A stretch of DNA of 64,000 nucleotides from positions 620,001-684,000 of the forward strand of contig OX597824.1 in NCBI GenBank assembly GCA_951406725.2, read 5' to 3'. This DNA is from Octopus vulgaris. Its lineage: Eukaryota. A model generated the notes under the pieces. It was not told where the DNA came from and made no database searches. It worked only from the letters and a program-made list of their open reading frames with translations. Positions 62,096 through 64,000 of the stretch are shown one piece after another; within the stretch, counting starts at the first letter, position 1; the number at the start of each line of letters is the position of its first letter. The translations under genes and the position numbers were made by a program.

Positions 62096-64000
62096 TCCAT
62101 CAAATTCCACTCGGCATTGTTCAACCCAAATCTATGATACAAGCCCAAGGTCTCTCGAAGTGAGACCGAACCCAGAACAACTTCGTTGCAAGGTGAATTT
62201 ATTTTTAGTACACTCACCACATATTACTTGTATTCTAGAAACAGCCTTCCCTATGATCGTTATCTATCTTCCTTCATAGGTCAGAGCTGTGGAACAGAAG
62301 CTATGCTCCAAGAATATGAAGCAATCGATCTAGTTTTAGTTTTGGGTTGTTGCATTTTTATTTCACCTGCATTTTAAATTCTCCTGAAAAGAATATGGAT
62401 GTCTTATCTACTTCTGAAAAATTCTGCGATTTCAAATTCACGTACGGAAGCCAACTAAGAAGCTTTCCTATGTGAAACTACGGAGAGACCTTGTCGCATA
62501 AAAAATAAAGAAAGACAATTTATATGGAAAAACTATTGGTTTTAAGAAAACAAAATCCGTTCTTCGGAATCGGCCAGAAATATATACTGTCCTCATATGA
62601 TATCACTCCTTTAAGAAGCTAAATATTTTGCATTATTAAAGAAATAAATATAAGTTATTTTCTGTTGAGCATATTTTTTTCTTATAAAATACCAGGTAAA
62701 TTTGCTGTAAAGAATCACTTTTAAGTCATCACAGCCCATATAATTTTTTACTGAAATTTCAAAGGCTACACACAACCAAAGAAATGGCAAATTGAAATAA
62801 AAAAAAAATGTCCGTCTCAAAGTACGGAAATACGGAAGCCAACTACTTTTAAGGAAGTCAGTTTCTATTACAGGATAATGAACACTTGGAACCAGAAGAA
62901 AATTTTAAAAAAAGGAACAAAAATTTATTGTATGTACTTTACGGTGAATTCCACTTGAAAGATTTTAATTAGAAAGAAAAAAATGAAAGAGACAATTTCT
63001 TTTCTACATTTCAACATTTTTATATGTTGTAAAATTAAATTTGGAGAGAAATTATCGTTATGTTTCTTTATATTTGTATGAAATAAAGAAATGTAATTTA
63101 AAAAAAATCTATAGCAAAGAACTGTACATTTTCTTAGAAGGAAAAAATACTTGCTTAACTCACTGAAGCATCAGCTCATAAGTTTAAGCACAAATCTGAA
63201 AAACAAACATGTCACACTCCTCTGTGCAACTTTTCCCCCTAAAATAGAAGCATTTTCTTTTCTTTTTTGTAAATTTGGAATATTTTTAGTGGCAGATTTC
63301 TGGAGGTTCGTATCTTGTCTCCACTGACTTACTCAGCCTTTCGAAGGCTTTCGTCGATTCGGCTTTACCATATTTATATATTTCCCATTCCCCACTCTTA
63401 AATATTGCGCCAATGTCCTAAGTTAAAAATCTCTAAAGAATGATGATTTCAAATTTTGGTCCAACTGTTTTTGAGGAGAAAGAATCTTTGCTCAGTTCTT
63501 TGCCGGTTTTAGACCAATGTTTGATGAATTGGGATACGACATTTGTCTCTCCCCACCCCTTAAGAGTATAGAAATAGAAGATAGACACCATCTCTGTTGT
63601 TGTTGTGTTGGTATTTAGCTCCAATTAGCCTTGATAGACCAGAACTATGATAAAAACTGTTCCAGTCGTGACCATCGCGTTATTTTGTATATCTAGCCTT
63701 ACAGTGTCCAATGTACCCTTCCATTTAAAAAAAAACAAAAACGATAGGTTGAGATTTAAAAGAATTTTGTCTGCTATTATTAACAAATTCGAATGACGCA
63801 TAAAGCAGTGCGTGCCAAACCTTTTTTACCATTGTACTAACAGTTTTTCAAGATCATCTTTCTTTTACCAACCGTTTTTCAACGGCCCCTTACAACGATT
63901 CAACAAAATTAAATACACCACGTATACATATGAATATATATACACACAAACAAGTCAGGACATTACCTAACGCTACAGGTGCACTGACCGTCTTTATTGC

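Overview
Eukaryotic, AT-rich, repeat-dense DNA. The SINE/RTE repeat families and the microsatellite load look like an octopus (coleoid cephalopod) genome; this is inferred from recognition, not from a search. Two complete spliced genes can be rebuilt by hand from GT-AG junctions with consistent reading frame. VTI1B, a Qb-SNARE, is on + with 7 coding exons at 3261-19132 (217 aa). EFCAB2/DRC8, an EF-hand dynein regulatory complex subunit, is on - with 6 coding exons at 33962-22999 (171 aa). The two genes are convergent. Almost all ORF-track entries are microsatellite or repeat artefacts. The remainder is transposon debris: tRNA-derived SINEs, RTE 3' ends, R4/Dong-like RLE LINEs in (TAA)n tracts, a pogo/Tc2-like element, a mariner with a fold-back end, a Helitron 5' half, a Helentron-like HINE end and Penelope-like termini. 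The most notable unexplained signals are several minimal hammerhead-ribozyme-like motifs, RFX X-box motifs (over the EFCAB2 start codon, upstream of EFCAB2, and inside a mariner end), an ~100-bp inverted repeat pair carrying inward-facing octamer+CCAAT cassettes, and several long hairpins. No prokaryotic-type system (CRISPR, operon, rRNA) is present, and I cannot claim a new system from sequence alone.
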